A stretch of DNA of 64,000 nt from Candidatus Tayloriibacteriota bacterium (GCA_029288615.1 JARIGV010000003.1:1068-65067); one strand, 5' to 3'; shown: positions 9,918-20,072, numbered from the stretch's first letter. Numbers and translations: made by a program. Notes: generated from the letters alone by a model not told the origin.

Positions 9918-10532
9918 ATGGCAACAATTATATTTGATCTCGATTACACGCTTCTTGATACTTCCAAGCTCAATAAAATTTCTCATGAACTTCTTCTTAA
10001 AAATAATATTCCGGAAGATGTTATTGATCTTGCAAATAAAAAGCATAGAGAGATTCATAAAAACCCAGCATTTCTTGAACATGTTGCTGAAATCGAGAAA
10101 CTCGGACATAAAGTCCTCAAAGAAGATATAGATCAATTTCTTTCCACTGACTTAAAAAATTATTTGAAAGGTCCTGTTGATCACGTACTCGCACTTCTCA
10201 TTGAGGAAGGACACCGACTAATCCTCCTTACAAGAGGACATGAATATTTCCAATGTTTCAAAATACGAAATTCTGGTCTGCACATATACTTTGATAAAAA
10301 TATTTATATCTGTGAAGAAAAAAAGGAAGAGATCATTGAGCAGATGCCACTTACTGAAGACGTGTATTTCATAAATGATCATGCAGACGAAATTGAAACT
10401 GTATCAAAAAAATATCCGAATTTTCATTATGTTTATATAAAAGGACCTAAGACGCCACACGACAGATTCATAGATCAGGCACACATTCCAACACTCGACG
10501 ATATCTCAACACTTCCTGATCTCATACATTAG
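9918..10532 (+). CDS. HAD-superfamily hydrolase
   Basis: IIFDLDYTLLD motif I directly after ATG 9918, LLTRG motif II, FIND motif IV. Confidence 0.85.
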   Translation: MATIIFDLDYTLLDTSKLNKISHELLLKNNIPEDVIDLANKKHREIHKNPAFLEHVAEIEKLGHKVLKEDIDQFLSTDLKNYLKGPVDHVLALLIEEGHRLILLTRGHEYFQCFKIRNSGLHIYFDKNIYICEEKKEEIIEQMPLTEDVYFINDHADEIETVSKKYPNFHYVYIKGPKTPHDRFIDQAHIPTLDDISTLPDLIH

Positions 10533-10560
10533 AAAATAAAAATTCCAGCATAATGCTGGA
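10533..10560 (-). terminator. Short hairpin with AT tail after the PfkB-family gene (recurrent type)
   Basis: Minus strand: TAA-CA-TCCAGCA-TTA-TGCTGGA-ATTTTTATTTT. Confidence 0.7.
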
Positions 10561-10562
10561 TG

Positions 10563-11489
10563 TTACAACTCACTAATCGAAGGACCGTTCGCTCCGCCGG
10601 GCATAGTGATCTTTTTACCTGCAACTTTCGCCGCAAGCGAGACACCTTCTTTAAGTCGTAGAAGATTGAGATCGTGGACTGTGAGTGCATTTTTCTCAAG
10701 CCACCACACAAGAGTGCCCAGGAACCAATCGCCTGCTCCGGTATTGCTTGTGCAGCTACCTTCAAAAGTAACTGCCTCGAAGCGTTCTTTTGAACCGCCG
10801 ACTGACACGACGCCGCCTTTTTCTGCTTCGGTGACAATGACCACTTTTGGACCAATGCGGTGAACTTCATTGGGTGTGAGCCCAATTTTTTGAAGTTCCA
10901 ATTCGTTGACGACGACCATGTCAGCGCCACGAATCACCTCATGCATATGTTCGGAGGATCCCAATCCCTTGTTGAAATTGAGAATTCGTCGGCCAGGCAG
11001 TATGCGCTCAAAAAGTCTGATCGCAAAAAATTCCTGTCCAGGACGAATACCAGTAGCCACTCCATATGCGTCCTTATCGAGGCTTAGCATATCAATGTCA
11101 GCCTCAGCGCCGCTCACTTTATGTGGCAGTACCTTATGCGTCTGACAGAGGATGATGGGGCTATGGCCGTTCTCATCGATCTGAATCACTGCGATATTTG
11201 TGCCGTCCAAAACGTGTAGTGGCTCGAAAGCCATATTCGCCGTCTTGAGGGCTTCGCGCAGCATAACATCGACAAGGAGTGTGTCGTGTGCAGAAACGAA
11301 TCCTACAAGAAGACCGTCACCGCCGTGCTTTCGCACAGCATGTAGCACATTCGCCGAAGATCCCGCCAAAAGCAGTTCCGAGGGTCGAGTCATGGTTTTT
11401 TTGTCACCATGCTCAAGCGAGTTGAAGTAAAAGAGCTGTTCCGGATTGACTGAGGGACCAGTGACAATCCTATAAAGTTTTTGACTCAT
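10563..11489 (-). CDS. PfkB/ribokinase-family carbohydrate kinase, divergent
   Basis: AGSSANV, VVVNELE, NTGAGDWF; own promoter TTGATT-N17-TACCCT at 11528-11500. Confidence 0.8.
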   Translation of the reverse strand: MSQKLYRIVTGPSVNPEQLFYFNSLEHGDKKTMTRPSELLLAGSSANVLHAVRKHGGDGLLVGFVSAHDTLLVDVMLREALKTANMAFEPLHVLDGTNIAVIQIDENGHSPIILCQTHKVLPHKVSGAEADIDMLSLDKDAYGVATGIRPGQEFFAIRLFERILPGRRILNFNKGLGSSEHMHEVIRGADMVVVNELELQKIGLTPNEVHRIGPKVVIVTEAEKGGVVSVGGSKERFEAVTFEGSCTSNTGAGDWFLGTLVWWLEKNALTVHDLNLLRLKEGVSLAAKVAGKKITMPGGANGPSISEL

Positions 11490-11535
11490 ACTGGCGCACA
11501 GGGTACACCGAGAAGCCGTCTAAATCAACTAGAAA

Positions 11536-12432
11536 TTATTTCTCTGTCACATCATGTCCTCCGAACATCGTGCGCATCGTAGAAAGAATTTTTCCTATAA
11601 ATGTAGGATTTCCTTTTGACCCCTTTCGAAAATTAAGTGATTCTTCAATGATCGTGACGGGCACATTCATTTCTTTCGCGGTATTCACCGTCCACTCGCC
11701 TTCTCCACTCGCTGCAACTTCTCCAGAAATTCCATCGAGATTTTCTCCGAATTTTTTGAAGCCTTGATAGAGCCAATCGATAAGACGAGATTCGACAACC
11801 GAGCGTCTGTTGTAGAGTTCGGCAACTTCACCAAGAGAAAGATTAAATTCTGATTTTTTGAGCACCTCAAATCCTTCAGCAATCGCCTGCATCATTCCAT
11901 ACTCAATGCCATTGTGTACCATTTTTGCAAAATGTCCTGCGCCATTGTCTCCCAAAATTCTCCATGCACCAGGAGCAGAAAGATCATCATAAAGATGAAC
12001 ATATTTCATTGCTACATTTTTCTTTCCACCAATCATGAGACATGCACCATTGCGGCTTCCTCCAGGACCTCCCGACACACCGATATCCAGGAAATTAATT
12101 TCTTTTGCTTCGAGTTCTTTTGCTCGGCGGAGCGCATCTTTATAAAAACAATTTCCACCATCAATAACTGTATCTCCAGGCGTTAGTAGCGGCACAATTT
12201 CATTTAAAACTTCATCCACTCCTTGATGACTCACCATAATCCATACCGTGCGAGGAACAGGAAGTGCATCAATAAGCTCTTTTACAGTATCAACCACTTG
12301 CACACCCGCACTTCGTCCCTTGTTTCGGCCTTCTTCACTTCTATTCCAACCAACAACATCATGACCCTTCTCTTTCATACGAAGAATCATATTAAGTCCC
12401 ATTTTTCCAAAACCGATATATCCTATTTTCAT
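11536..12432 (-). CDS. gnd: 6-phosphogluconate dehydrogenase, decarboxylating (short form)
   Basis: IGFGKMG, IDGGN, GVSGG, KMVHNGIEYG, FGGH. Confidence 0.95.
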   Translation of the reverse strand: MKIGYIGFGKMGLNMILRMKEKGHDVVGWNRSEEGRNKGRSAGVQVVDTVKELIDALPVPRTVWIMVSHQGVDEVLNEIVPLLTPGDTVIDGGNCFYKDALRRAKELEAKEINFLDIGVSGGPGGSRNGACLMIGGKKNVAMKYVHLYDDLSAPGAWRILGDNGAGHFAKMVHNGIEYGMMQAIAEGFEVLKKSEFNLSLGEVAELYNRRSVVESRLIDWLYQGFKKFGENLDGISGEVAASGEGEWTVNTAKEMNVPVTIIEESLNFRKGSKGNPTFIGKILSTMRTMFGGHDVTEK

Positions 12433-12443
12433 ATCCTTTATAA

Positions 12444-13853
12444 TTAATCTTCTTTTATTTCATGAGCATCAGATCCTTTTGGATACACCAAAAGTGGCAC
12501 ATCCTCTAAAACCTTCTCAATGTCAGACGCAATTCGCCATTGTTCTTTAATCTCATCCGTTGAAACAAAGAGAGTTTGATCACCAGAGATTGCATCACGA
12601 AGAAGTTTTACATATGGATAGACAAAAGGTGTTGCATGTGAACTTTTATAATCGAATGAAAGTTTTTTCTTCTCGAGTTCATACTGAAATGCAGATTTTT
12701 TTGCATAAAATTCAATTGAAATTCCTTCTTTTGGTTGTATATGAAAAGTCAGTTTGTTTGTTGCTGGTACAAACATCGATTCATCAGATTCGTCGCTTGC
12801 CTTAAATGTAATTGAAATTTCTGCAAGAGTATCTTTAAGTGCTTTACCGTGCTCAATAAAAATCGGCACTCCTTTCCATCTTTCATTTTTGATCTCGAGT
12901 TCAGCTCTAAAATATGTTTCTGTGTCCGATCCTTCTTCAATACCTGGTTCATCCTGATATCCATCATATTGTGCGTGCGCAAAATTTTTAATGTCCTCTT
13001 TTACCTTAATTGACGAAAGAAGGGCCGTTCGCGCTTCTCGAATATCTTCCGCAGAAAATGAAAGTGGATTCTCCATCGTAGCGATCGCAAGCATTTGGAG
13101 AAGATGATTTTGTCCAACATCGCGAAGTGCGCCGAGCGCGTCATAGAGTTTTGCCCTTTCTGCAAGAGAGCCTTTTTCACTTGTCTCGTGCATTCGTACG
13201 CAAATTTCTGAAACATGTCGCTTAGACCAGAGTGGCTCAAAAAGTGCATTGCCAAAACGAAACGCAAGAATGTTCTGCAAGATTTCTTTTCCAAGATAGT
13301 GATCGATACGAAAAATCTGATCTTCTTCAAAAAGTTTTCCTAAGAGTTCATCAAGCATTTCAGCATGTTCTGCATCTTTTCCAAAAGGCTTCTCAACGAG
13401 CACACGCACCCAACTTAAAGTTTTGTCACCAAATTCTGGAGCACAAGGAATTGTAAGCCCGGAAGCAGAGAGATTACGGAACACTTTTTCATAAAGATCT
13501 GGAATGACTGCGAGATAGAAAAGCTTTCGTGTGCAAAGTCCCAGCATATCATCGCGCATTGTAAATTCATTCTTAAGCATGTCGTACGTTGCCTTGTCAT
13601 CAATGTCTCCCGATCGAAAGAAAAGATTTTCAACAAATTCTTTCGCAAGTTTTTTATCCTCTGTTTCAATTGAAGATAAAACTTGAGCTCGGAAATCTTC
13701 GTCAGCAATCGAGCGTCGTGACACTCCAAAAAGTGAAAAACCAGGAGCAAGAAATCCATCTTTATAAAGATCAAAAAAAGCCTGAGCAAGCTTTTTCTTA
13801 AAGAGATCTCCTGAAGCTCCAAAGATTACGATTGTAAGCGGATGATTATCCAT
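12444..13853 (-). CDS. zwf: Glucose-6-phosphate 1-dehydrogenase
   Basis: FGASGDL, EKPFG, RIDHYLGKE, RDVGQNHLLQ. Confidence 0.97.
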   Translation of the reverse strand: MDNHPLTIVIFGASGDLFKKKLAQAFFDLYKDGFLAPGFSLFGVSRRSIADEDFRAQVLSSIETEDKKLAKEFVENLFFRSGDIDDKATYDMLKNEFTMRDDMLGLCTRKLFYLAVIPDLYEKVFRNLSASGLTIPCAPEFGDKTLSWVRVLVEKPFGKDAEHAEMLDELLGKLFEEDQIFRIDHYLGKEILQNILAFRFGNALFEPLWSKRHVSEICVRMHETSEKGSLAERAKLYDALGALRDVGQNHLLQMLAIATMENPLSFSAEDIREARTALLSSIKVKEDIKNFAHAQYDGYQDEPGIEEGSDTETYFRAELEIKNERWKGVPIFIEHGKALKDTLAEISITFKASDESDESMFVPATNKLTFHIQPKEGISIEFYAKKSAFQYELEKKKLSFDYKSSHATPFVYPYVKLLRDAISGDQTLFVSTDEIKEQWRIASDIEKVLEDVPLLVYPKGSDAHEIKED

Positions 13854-13856
13854 GAA

Positions 13857-14219
13857 TTAAAAATAGTGTGGATTATCGTAACGTATATTATGCGATGCGC
13901 TTGCTCGTCCTTGTTTTGAAATGATTTCACCTTCGAGATGATGCTTGTCATTTTGGAGACGATGAAGTTCGTTTTGTTTAAGGGTTCGAGTTGAAACATT
14001 TTTCTCACGAGCAATCTCCATAGTAAGCTGCTGAATTCTTCCTTCGAGTGTTTGTTTTTGGAGTCTCATTTGTGAAATCTCACGATTCATTCTGTCAGCT
14101 TCCTGCGCCGCTCGACGTGCTTCCTGCTCTTTTGCTTCACGCATAATACGCTCACGCTGTTCGTTATATGTATTTCCCGCCTGCTTATTCAAATTATTTC
14201 CTAAATCTCCAAGTGACAT
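13857..14219 (-). CDS. Hypothetical coiled-coil protein
   Basis: 120-aa E/Q/R-rich ORF packed 3 nt upstream of zwf. Confidence 0.6.
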   Translation of the reverse strand: MSLGDLGNNLNKQAGNTYNEQRERIMREAKEQEARRAAQEADRMNREISQMRLQKQTLEGRIQQLTMEIAREKNVSTRTLKQNELHRLQNDKHHLEGEIISKQGRASASHNIRYDNPHYF

Positions 14220-14222
14220 AGT

Positions 14223-14501
14223 TTATTTTTTATTCCCCCATCGCCATTCAAGCTTTTCTCCTTTGAGATAGCAGAGAACAATGAGAAGCGCTGTTAATGA
14301 AAAGACTTGTGTAAAAATATACGGAATGACAATAGACGCATTTGATTTATCCGGTTCGACAGAATAGATCTGTGTAATCATTGCAGCAACATACAGAAGG
14401 AGTGAAAGCCAACCTTGCCACGTAACTGGATACCAGCCCAATCCATAACGCTTTGAACGAAACCATAACTTGTTGTGTGTCTGATCTTCTTGCATATCCA
14501 C
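14223..14501 (-). CDS. Small membrane protein
   Basis: WF..KRYG.GWYP.TWQGW and GEK..WRWG motifs, 2 TM. Confidence 0.7.
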   Translation of the reverse strand: MDMQEDQTHNKLWFRSKRYGLGWYPVTWQGWLSLLLYVAAMITQIYSVEPDKSNASIVIPYIFTQVFSLTALLIVLCYLKGEKLEWRWGNKK

Positions 14502-14540
14502 ATTATATAACAGACAAAAGAAATGATAGAATCAGTGCAG

Positions 14541-14927
14541 ATGCCTATTCCCACTGTTGTTCTACCCCAAGACAAACAAACGAAACGTCCTCAGGATAAA
14601 CAGCCCATTCTGACGTTTCATATCGTTCACCCTACTGTTGAGGGTTTCTTCCCAAGACTGGATCCACGATTTGACGCAATAATTACATGTCCATTCCAAA
14701 GCGACTTCGTCGCCGCATCTCTTCTCCCAGCTCTTAGCCGCTGGGACATAAAAGTGCTCTTGTATTGCACGCCAGAGACAGCTCACCAATTCTTCGACCT
14801 TGTGTCGAGAAGGCTCGATTTTGGCAACAGCGAACAACTGCACAAAGTTCTTGCAAAAGGAGCACGCGAGATACGTCTCTGGTCCGACACGGATCACACG
14901 ACCGCCTTCTCCGTTCTCTGGAACTAA
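14541..14927 (+). CDS. Orphan hypothetical protein, inverted relative to its neighbours
   Basis: ORF 14523-14927; ATG 14541 follows TGaTAGAAT; N-terminal PQDKQ duplication. Confidence 0.55.
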   Translation: MPIPTVVLPQDKQTKRPQDKQPILTFHIVHPTVEGFFPRLDPRFDAIITCPFQSDFVAASLLPALSRWDIKVLLYCTPETAHQFFDLVSRRLDFGNSEQLHKVLAKGAREIRLWSDTDHTTAFSVLWN

Positions 14928-14953
14928 GCCGCACTGCGCGGCAATTTTTATTT
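14925..14953 (+). terminator. Short hairpin with AT tail (recurrent type)
   Basis: TAA-GCCGC-ACTGC-GCGGC-AATTTTTATTT. Confidence 0.65.
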
Positions 14954-15409
14954 CTGCTTCGAAAGCTCCACGATTCTTTTGAAATGTTTTTCAGACACAG
15001 GCTGAATTGAAAGCCTACTTCCCTTTGCTGCAACAACAATTCCAGAAAGATTTTTGTCTTTTTTTATTTCTTCAAGCGACACGATGCGCGGAAATTTTTC
15101 TACAAATGAAAAATCGACGCATTGCCATGTAGGATTTTCTATTTTTGATTTCGGATCAAAGTATTCACTTTTCTTATCAAATTGAGAGAGATCTGGATGT
15201 GGCTTTGACGATACTTTGGCAATACCAGCAACACCGGTCGGATTTCCCATCGAATGATAGAAGAATGCGAGATCACCAACACTCATATCGCGTACCATAT
15301 AATTTCTCGCCTGATAGTTTCTAATTTCCTCCCACGACACTTTTTTATCTTTTTTGAAATCGTCTATCGAATAGCACCCTTCTTCAGATTTTATGAGCCA
15401 GTATTTCAT
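14948..15409 (-). CDS. EVE domain protein
   Basis: YWLIKSE, IRNYQARN, FFYHS, RLSIQPV. Confidence 0.93.
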   Translation of the reverse strand: MKYWLIKSEEGCYSIDDFKKDKKVSWEEIRNYQARNYMVRDMSVGDLAFFYHSMGNPTGVAGIAKVSSKPHPDLSQFDKKSEYFDPKSKIENPTWQCVDFSFVEKFPRIVSLEEIKKDKNLSGIVVAAKGSRLSIQPVSEKHFKRIVELSKQK

Positions 15410-15411
15410 GT

Positions 15412-16302
15412 TTATGAATGGTATGAAAAGAATGAAAGTAAAACAAGTCCAACAAGTGTAATGCAGATGCCCACTTTTTCACGACGACTGACATAATCAC
15501 CGAATGTAAACGACGACAAGATCACAAAAAGTATTGGATAAGATCCACCGATTCCACCCGAGATTTCGGTAAATCCTTTGGAAATAGCAAAGTTAAATGC
15601 AAAGTCGCCTGCACGAAGTAGTAGAGCACACATTACGATTGTAAAAAATAATTTTATCGATGAGTAGTGTGTACCTAACGACTTGGATTCATTTGTTTTC
15701 AGATAAAGAATAAAACCAGTTATGATCGCAAGAATGATTGTTAAAAAATGTGGAAGAAACCAACCAACCTTATCTATAACAATTCTCGTAAAACAAAAAT
15801 AAATCCCCCATGTAATCATAGATATAAATGCAAAACCAATGCCTCTATCTTTAAAGATTTCATTGAAATTTTTTATTTCTCCAAAGCCACAAACAAATAT
15901 TCCGATAAAAATAAGGATAAGTGAAAATAATTCCACACTTGTTACTGAATCATGAAAAAATAAAATCGAGAGAATAATACTTATAGCAGTAAATGACGCC
16001 GCAATTGTTCCAACAAGCGGTGCACTTGATTTTCGAAGTCCGATATTAAGAGAAATATTTCCAGCAATTGCAAAAAGTCCAATAAAAATATTGAAAAGAA
16101 AAAGACCCGATGTATAACTCGAAAAATCGTGCGGTACCAAAGGAAGAACGATGAGCGAAACAACAAAACTTGTTATAGAAACCAGAAGCGATGTTGCAAT
16201 ACCGCCAATCTTTCTTGCTGAATATGTACCAAAAATATCTCCACTTCCCCATCCAACAAATGAAATGAATCCAAGTATGACGCTTAGAAAATAAGTGCTC
16301 AT
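15412..16302 (-). CDS. DMT/EamA family transporter
   Basis: About 10 TM in two EamA-like halves. Confidence 0.85.
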   Translation of the reverse strand: MSTYFLSVILGFISFVGWGSGDIFGTYSARKIGGIATSLLVSITSFVVSLIVLPLVPHDFSSYTSGLFLFNIFIGLFAIAGNISLNIGLRKSSAPLVGTIAASFTAISIILSILFFHDSVTSVELFSLILIFIGIFVCGFGEIKNFNEIFKDRGIGFAFISMITWGIYFCFTRIVIDKVGWFLPHFLTIILAIITGFILYLKTNESKSLGTHYSSIKLFFTIVMCALLLRAGDFAFNFAISKGFTEISGGIGGSYPILFVILSSFTFGDYVSRREKVGICITLVGLVLLSFFSYHS

Positions 16303-17043
16303 TTATGGATGTAATAATTTTTTCACCTCGTCCTGCATTTTAAAGAATACATCGGAGCGCATATCTCTTGTTCGTGGCAATGTGTTTTCAATAATCCCTT
16401 TTACATGGCCTGGCCTATCAGAGAAAACAACAATGCGGTCAGCAAGCTCGATTGCCTCATCGACATTGTGACTTACCATCACCACCGTCGCGTTATGTTC
16501 TTTCCAAAGACGAAGAAGTTCTTTGCGAAGTTCTTCTGCTGTGAAAATATCAAGTTCTGAAAACGGCTCGTCGAGGAAAATAATTTTAGGCGATGTTACG
16601 AATGCTCGCGCGAGACCAACACGCTGTTTCATTCCTCCTGAAAGTTCATGGGGACTTGAATGATAAAACCTGTCGAGGCCAAATTCTTTAAGTTCTTCTT
16701 GTACAAGTGCTCGCCTTTTTTCTTTAGGAACTTTTTTTCCAATGAGATTCAATTCCACATTTTCTCCGACGGTAAGCCATGGGAGCACGGCAGACTGCTG
16801 AAATACAAAGCTCACCTCTTCTTTCAAAGACTCATCAGAAAAAGAAATTTTTCCGGAAGTCTCTGTATCGAGTCCGCTCATAAGACGCAGAAGTGTCGAC
16901 TTACCGCATCCTGAAGGACCAAGAAGTACCAGGAATTCTCCTTCGCGCACATGAAGTGACACATCGCGAAGTGATTCAAGATCCCTATGTCCCGGATCTT
17001 TAAAAGATTTATGTACATGTTCAACTGTAATAAGACTTTTCAT
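16303..17043 (-). CDS. NitT/TauT-type ABC transporter ATPase
   Basis: GPSGCGKST, LSGGMKQR, LDEPF. Confidence 0.92.
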   Translation of the reverse strand: MKSLITVEHVHKSFKDPGHRDLESLRDVSLHVREGEFLVLLGPSGCGKSTLLRLMSGLDTETSGKISFSDESLKEEVSFVFQQSAVLPWLTVGENVELNLIGKKVPKEKRRALVQEELKEFGLDRFYHSSPHELSGGMKQRVGLARAFVTSPKIIFLDEPFSELDIFTAEELRKELLRLWKEHNATVVMVSHNVDEAIELADRIVVFSDRPGHVKGIIENTLPRTRDMRSDVFFKMQDEVKKLLHP

Positions 17044-17045
17044 AC

Positions 17046-17783
17046 TTATTCTTCCATTTTTTCATGGCTCCATGCGAGAAGTGGCAGCCAAATACTTTTA
17101 TTAATTGTGAAAATTATCGCAAGAAGTGCCAAGATTCCAAGAAGTGTTGCTTGAGGATTCGTTGAAAACATATTGAAAAAGGTGCCGAGTCCGTATTTCA
17201 CATGAATGATAATTTCGGTTGCCACAAGCGATTCCCACGCATCACCAAGACCAATAATTGTTCCTGTAATGAGTCCTGGCAAACTTACAGGAATAAGAAA
17301 AAGCCTAAGGTAATCAATACCTTTAATACGCGAAATCTGCATTGCCTCATTCCAGTCTCTTCGAATAAGCCTCATCGAGCTCACAATTGAGAAAAATATT
17401 GGCCAGATGATTTCAAGAACAAGAAAAAAGACAACAACGAGTCCACCTGAGCCAAGATACATCACAGCAATAGGAAGTGCGGCAGACGTAGGAAAACTCT
17501 GCAGGAGATCGAAAATCGGAAGCGCCACATCTCCTCGTCTTCCTTTATAGAAAAAGACTGCGCAAAGCCATCCTATGATCATCGCCATAATGCATGCAGA
17601 AAATATTCGAAAAAGTGAAAAACCTAGGTTTTCAAAAAGAGAAGGAAGACCGATCTGTGCGACATATGAAAATAAGAGAAGAAAAACCAGAGGTAAAAAA
17701 ATCATTCCGGAAATTGCCAGGAGATGCCCTTTTGTTCGTTTGATGGCAAACGGATGATACATTCGAGGACGTGCTGTTTTCAT
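17046..17783 (-). CDS. NitT/TauT-type ABC transporter permease
   Basis: LQSFP..A.LP, EAA-like loop, W..LVATE. Confidence 0.85.
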   Translation of the reverse strand: MKTARPRMYHPFAIKRTKGHLLAISGMIFLPLVFLLLFSYVAQIGLPSLFENLGFSLFRIFSACIMAMIIGWLCAVFFYKGRRGDVALPIFDLLQSFPTSAALPIAVMYLGSGGLVVVFFLVLEIIWPIFFSIVSSMRLIRRDWNEAMQISRIKGIDYLRLFLIPVSLPGLITGTIIGLGDAWESLVATEIIIHVKYGLGTFFNMFSTNPQATLLGILALLAIIFTINKSIWLPLLAWSHEKMEE

Positions 17784-17844
17784 GCGTAAATTTTAGCACA
17801 GAAAAATCATAGAAATATATTGCTTTAATTTGTATAATTCACAT

Positions 17845-19524
17845 ATGCAAAATTCAACAACAGATACACACATACTTCCCCCACTCGATTCCCTTAAAAA
17901 AATATTTAAAGGCGATCTTGATCAAAGTAACGACACACTGACTTCACACTCTCGCGATGCAAGCCTTTTTGAAATAAAACCAGCTCTCGTTGCCTATCCA
18001 AAAGATTCTGAAGACGTGAAAGCAATTGTGCGATTTGTCTCTGAAAATAAAAAAGAATTCCCTTCCCTTTCTATTACAGCGCGTTCAGCCGGCACAGATA
18101 TGTCTGGAGGTCCTCTCAATAATTCAATTATTCTCGACATGAATCGCTACATGACAGGGATTAAGAAAGTAGAGAAGGAGCAATGTGTAGTGGAGCCTGG
18201 CTGCTTCTATCGTGATCTTGATAAAGAAACAAAGAAAGTCGGAAGCTTTATGCCAGCTTTCACAGCCTCTCGTGAGATATGCACCGTCGGTGGAATGGTT
18301 GCAAATAACAGCGGTGGCGAGAAAGCCATTAAATACGGTAAAACGGAAAACTATATCAATTCTTTAAAAATTGTTTTAGAGGATGGCAATGAATATGAAG
18401 TAAAACCTCTTTCAAAAACTGAACTTGAGGCAAAGATTTCAGCAGGCGGATTTGAAGGAAATCTCTATAAAAATATTTTTGATCTCATTAATGAAAATTA
18501 TGAGATTATCATGTCTGCAAAACCTGATGTATCAAAAAATTCTGCCGGCTATTATCTTTGGAATGTCTATGATAAAACCACGGGCACATTCGATATCTGT
18601 CGTCTTATCTGTGGATCACAAGGAACATTTGGCATTATCACTGAAATAAATTTCAAACTTGTTCCTCTCGCAAAATATTCAAACATTCTTGTCGTATTTC
18701 TTCCCTCTCTCGATCGTGTGAGCGATCTTGTTACAAAAATTGTACCTTACAAGCCTGACAGCCTCGAAACATACGACGACTACAGCATGATCCTCGCCGT
18801 AAAATTCTTCTTTGATTTCTTCAAGCGCCTTGGTTTCTGGGGTGCAATACGACTCGGCTTTCAGTTTATTCCTGAATCTTTCATGATCCTTACAGGCGGC
18901 GTACCGAAACTTATTCTCATGATCGAATTTACTGGAGAAACTGAAGCCGAAGTGAAAAAGAAACTTGAGGAAGTACGCGACCATATCACAGATTTCCATT
19001 TCAAAATGCATATCGCAAAAAATAGTGCTGAGGCTGAAAAATATTGGGATATTCGCCACGAAAGCTTTAACCTTCTTCGCAATCATGTTCATGGACAACG
19101 CACAGCACCATTTATTGATGACATTGTCGTAAAGCCTGAAGTATTGCCAGAGTTCTTGCCAAAAGTACGTGAAGCAATTGATGCATACAAACTCAAATAC
19201 ACTGTCCAAGGACACCTTGGTAATGGAAACTTCCACATCATTCCGCTTATGGATCTCGACTCGCCTTTCTCAGGGAACACTATTCTCGAGCTTTCGAAAA
19301 AAGTATATGACCTCGTACATGAATTCAAAGGCTCTATCACAGCCGAACACAATGACGGTATTATTCGTACCCCATATCTTCTCCAAATGTACGGTGAAAA
19401 GATTGTGGAGCTTTTTGGAAAGACAAAGAAAATATTCGATCCAGAGAACATTTTCAATCCCGGCAAAAAAGTTGGTGGCACTTTTGAAGATATCACCAAA
19501 AACCTCATCAAAAAGAATAATTAA
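17845..19524 (+). CDS. FAD-linked oxidase (D-lactate dehydrogenase/GlcD-like)
   Basis: RSAGT..SG, TVGGMVANNSGG, GHLGNGNFH, AEHNDG, NPGK; ATG 17845. Confidence 0.9.
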   Translation: MQNSTTDTHILPPLDSLKKIFKGDLDQSNDTLTSHSRDASLFEIKPALVAYPKDSEDVKAIVRFVSENKKEFPSLSITARSAGTDMSGGPLNNSIILDMNRYMTGIKKVEKEQCVVEPGCFYRDLDKETKKVGSFMPAFTASREICTVGGMVANNSGGEKAIKYGKTENYINSLKIVLEDGNEYEVKPLSKTELEAKISAGGFEGNLYKNIFDLINENYEIIMSAKPDVSKNSAGYYLWNVYDKTTGTFDICRLICGSQGTFGIITEINFKLVPLAKYSNILVVFLPSLDRVSDLVTKIVPYKPDSLETYDDYSMILAVKFFFDFFKRLGFWGAIRLGFQFIPESFMILTGGVPKLILMIEFTGETEAEVKKKLEEVRDHITDFHFKMHIAKNSAEAEKYWDIRHESFNLLRNHVHGQRTAPFIDDIVVKPEVLPEFLPKVREAIDAYKLKYTVQGHLGNGNFHIIPLMDLDSPFSGNTILELSKKVYDLVHEFKGSITAEHNDGIIRTPYLLQMYGEKIVELFGKTKKIFDPENIFNPGKKVGGTFEDITKNLIKKNN

Positions 19525-19552
19525 GATTTTGACCACTCTTTCGTCTTGGGAT

Positions 19553-19622
19553 AATGTCAGTTTTGACATTATTGCCCGTCTTTGATAAAATACTTAGCAA
19601 AGCTAACTATTAGGATAGTTAG
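19553..19622 (+). promoter_or_regulatory. Sigma70 promoter of the marR operon with candidate MarR operators
   Basis: TTGACA(19563)-N17-TAAAAT(19586); palindromes AATGTCA-N4-TGACATT, TTAGC-AAA-GCTAA, CTAACTAT-N4-ATAGTTAG. Confidence 0.7.
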
Positions 19623-19639
19623 GTATTTAGAACAAGACA

Positions 19640-20056
19640 ATGGAAAACATAGAATTGGCAGCGGCCGCGATATTTAAGATCACTCGCTCAATGCGAGAAC
19701 AAATCGGGAAAAGCAAAGTTCTCGGTTCTCTTTCTGTCGTCCAGATCCGCACTCTCGCTATTATTGATGAGAAAAAACACCCTACAATGAAGGAAATCGC
19801 GGATGAACTCTGTGTTACTTCCCCATCTGCAACTCGTGTCATCGAAAGATTAGTACGGACCGGAGAACTCAAGCGAGAACCTGATCCCAAAGATCGCCGC
19901 ATTATCCGCCTCTGCATAACTACTAAGGGAGAAAAAATCCTTCAAAGCGGACTCCGTGAAGCCGGAAAGAAGATGAAAGACATTGTCACTTCCCTTTCAG
20001 CAAAGGAAAAGAAAGATTTTATGGAGCTTATTAAAAAAGTCGCATCGCATATTTAA
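19640..20056 (+). CDS. MarR family transcriptional regulator
   Basis: wHTH (EIADEL.VTSPSATRVIERL) and DRR...L.IT.KG. Confidence 0.93.
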   Translation: MENIELAAAAIFKITRSMREQIGKSKVLGSLSVVQIRTLAIIDEKKHPTMKEIADELCVTSPSATRVIERLVRTGELKREPDPKDRRIIRLCITTKGEKILQSGLREAGKKMKDIVTSLSAKEKKDFMELIKKVASHI

Positions 20057-20072
20057 ACATTAATAGAATCGT

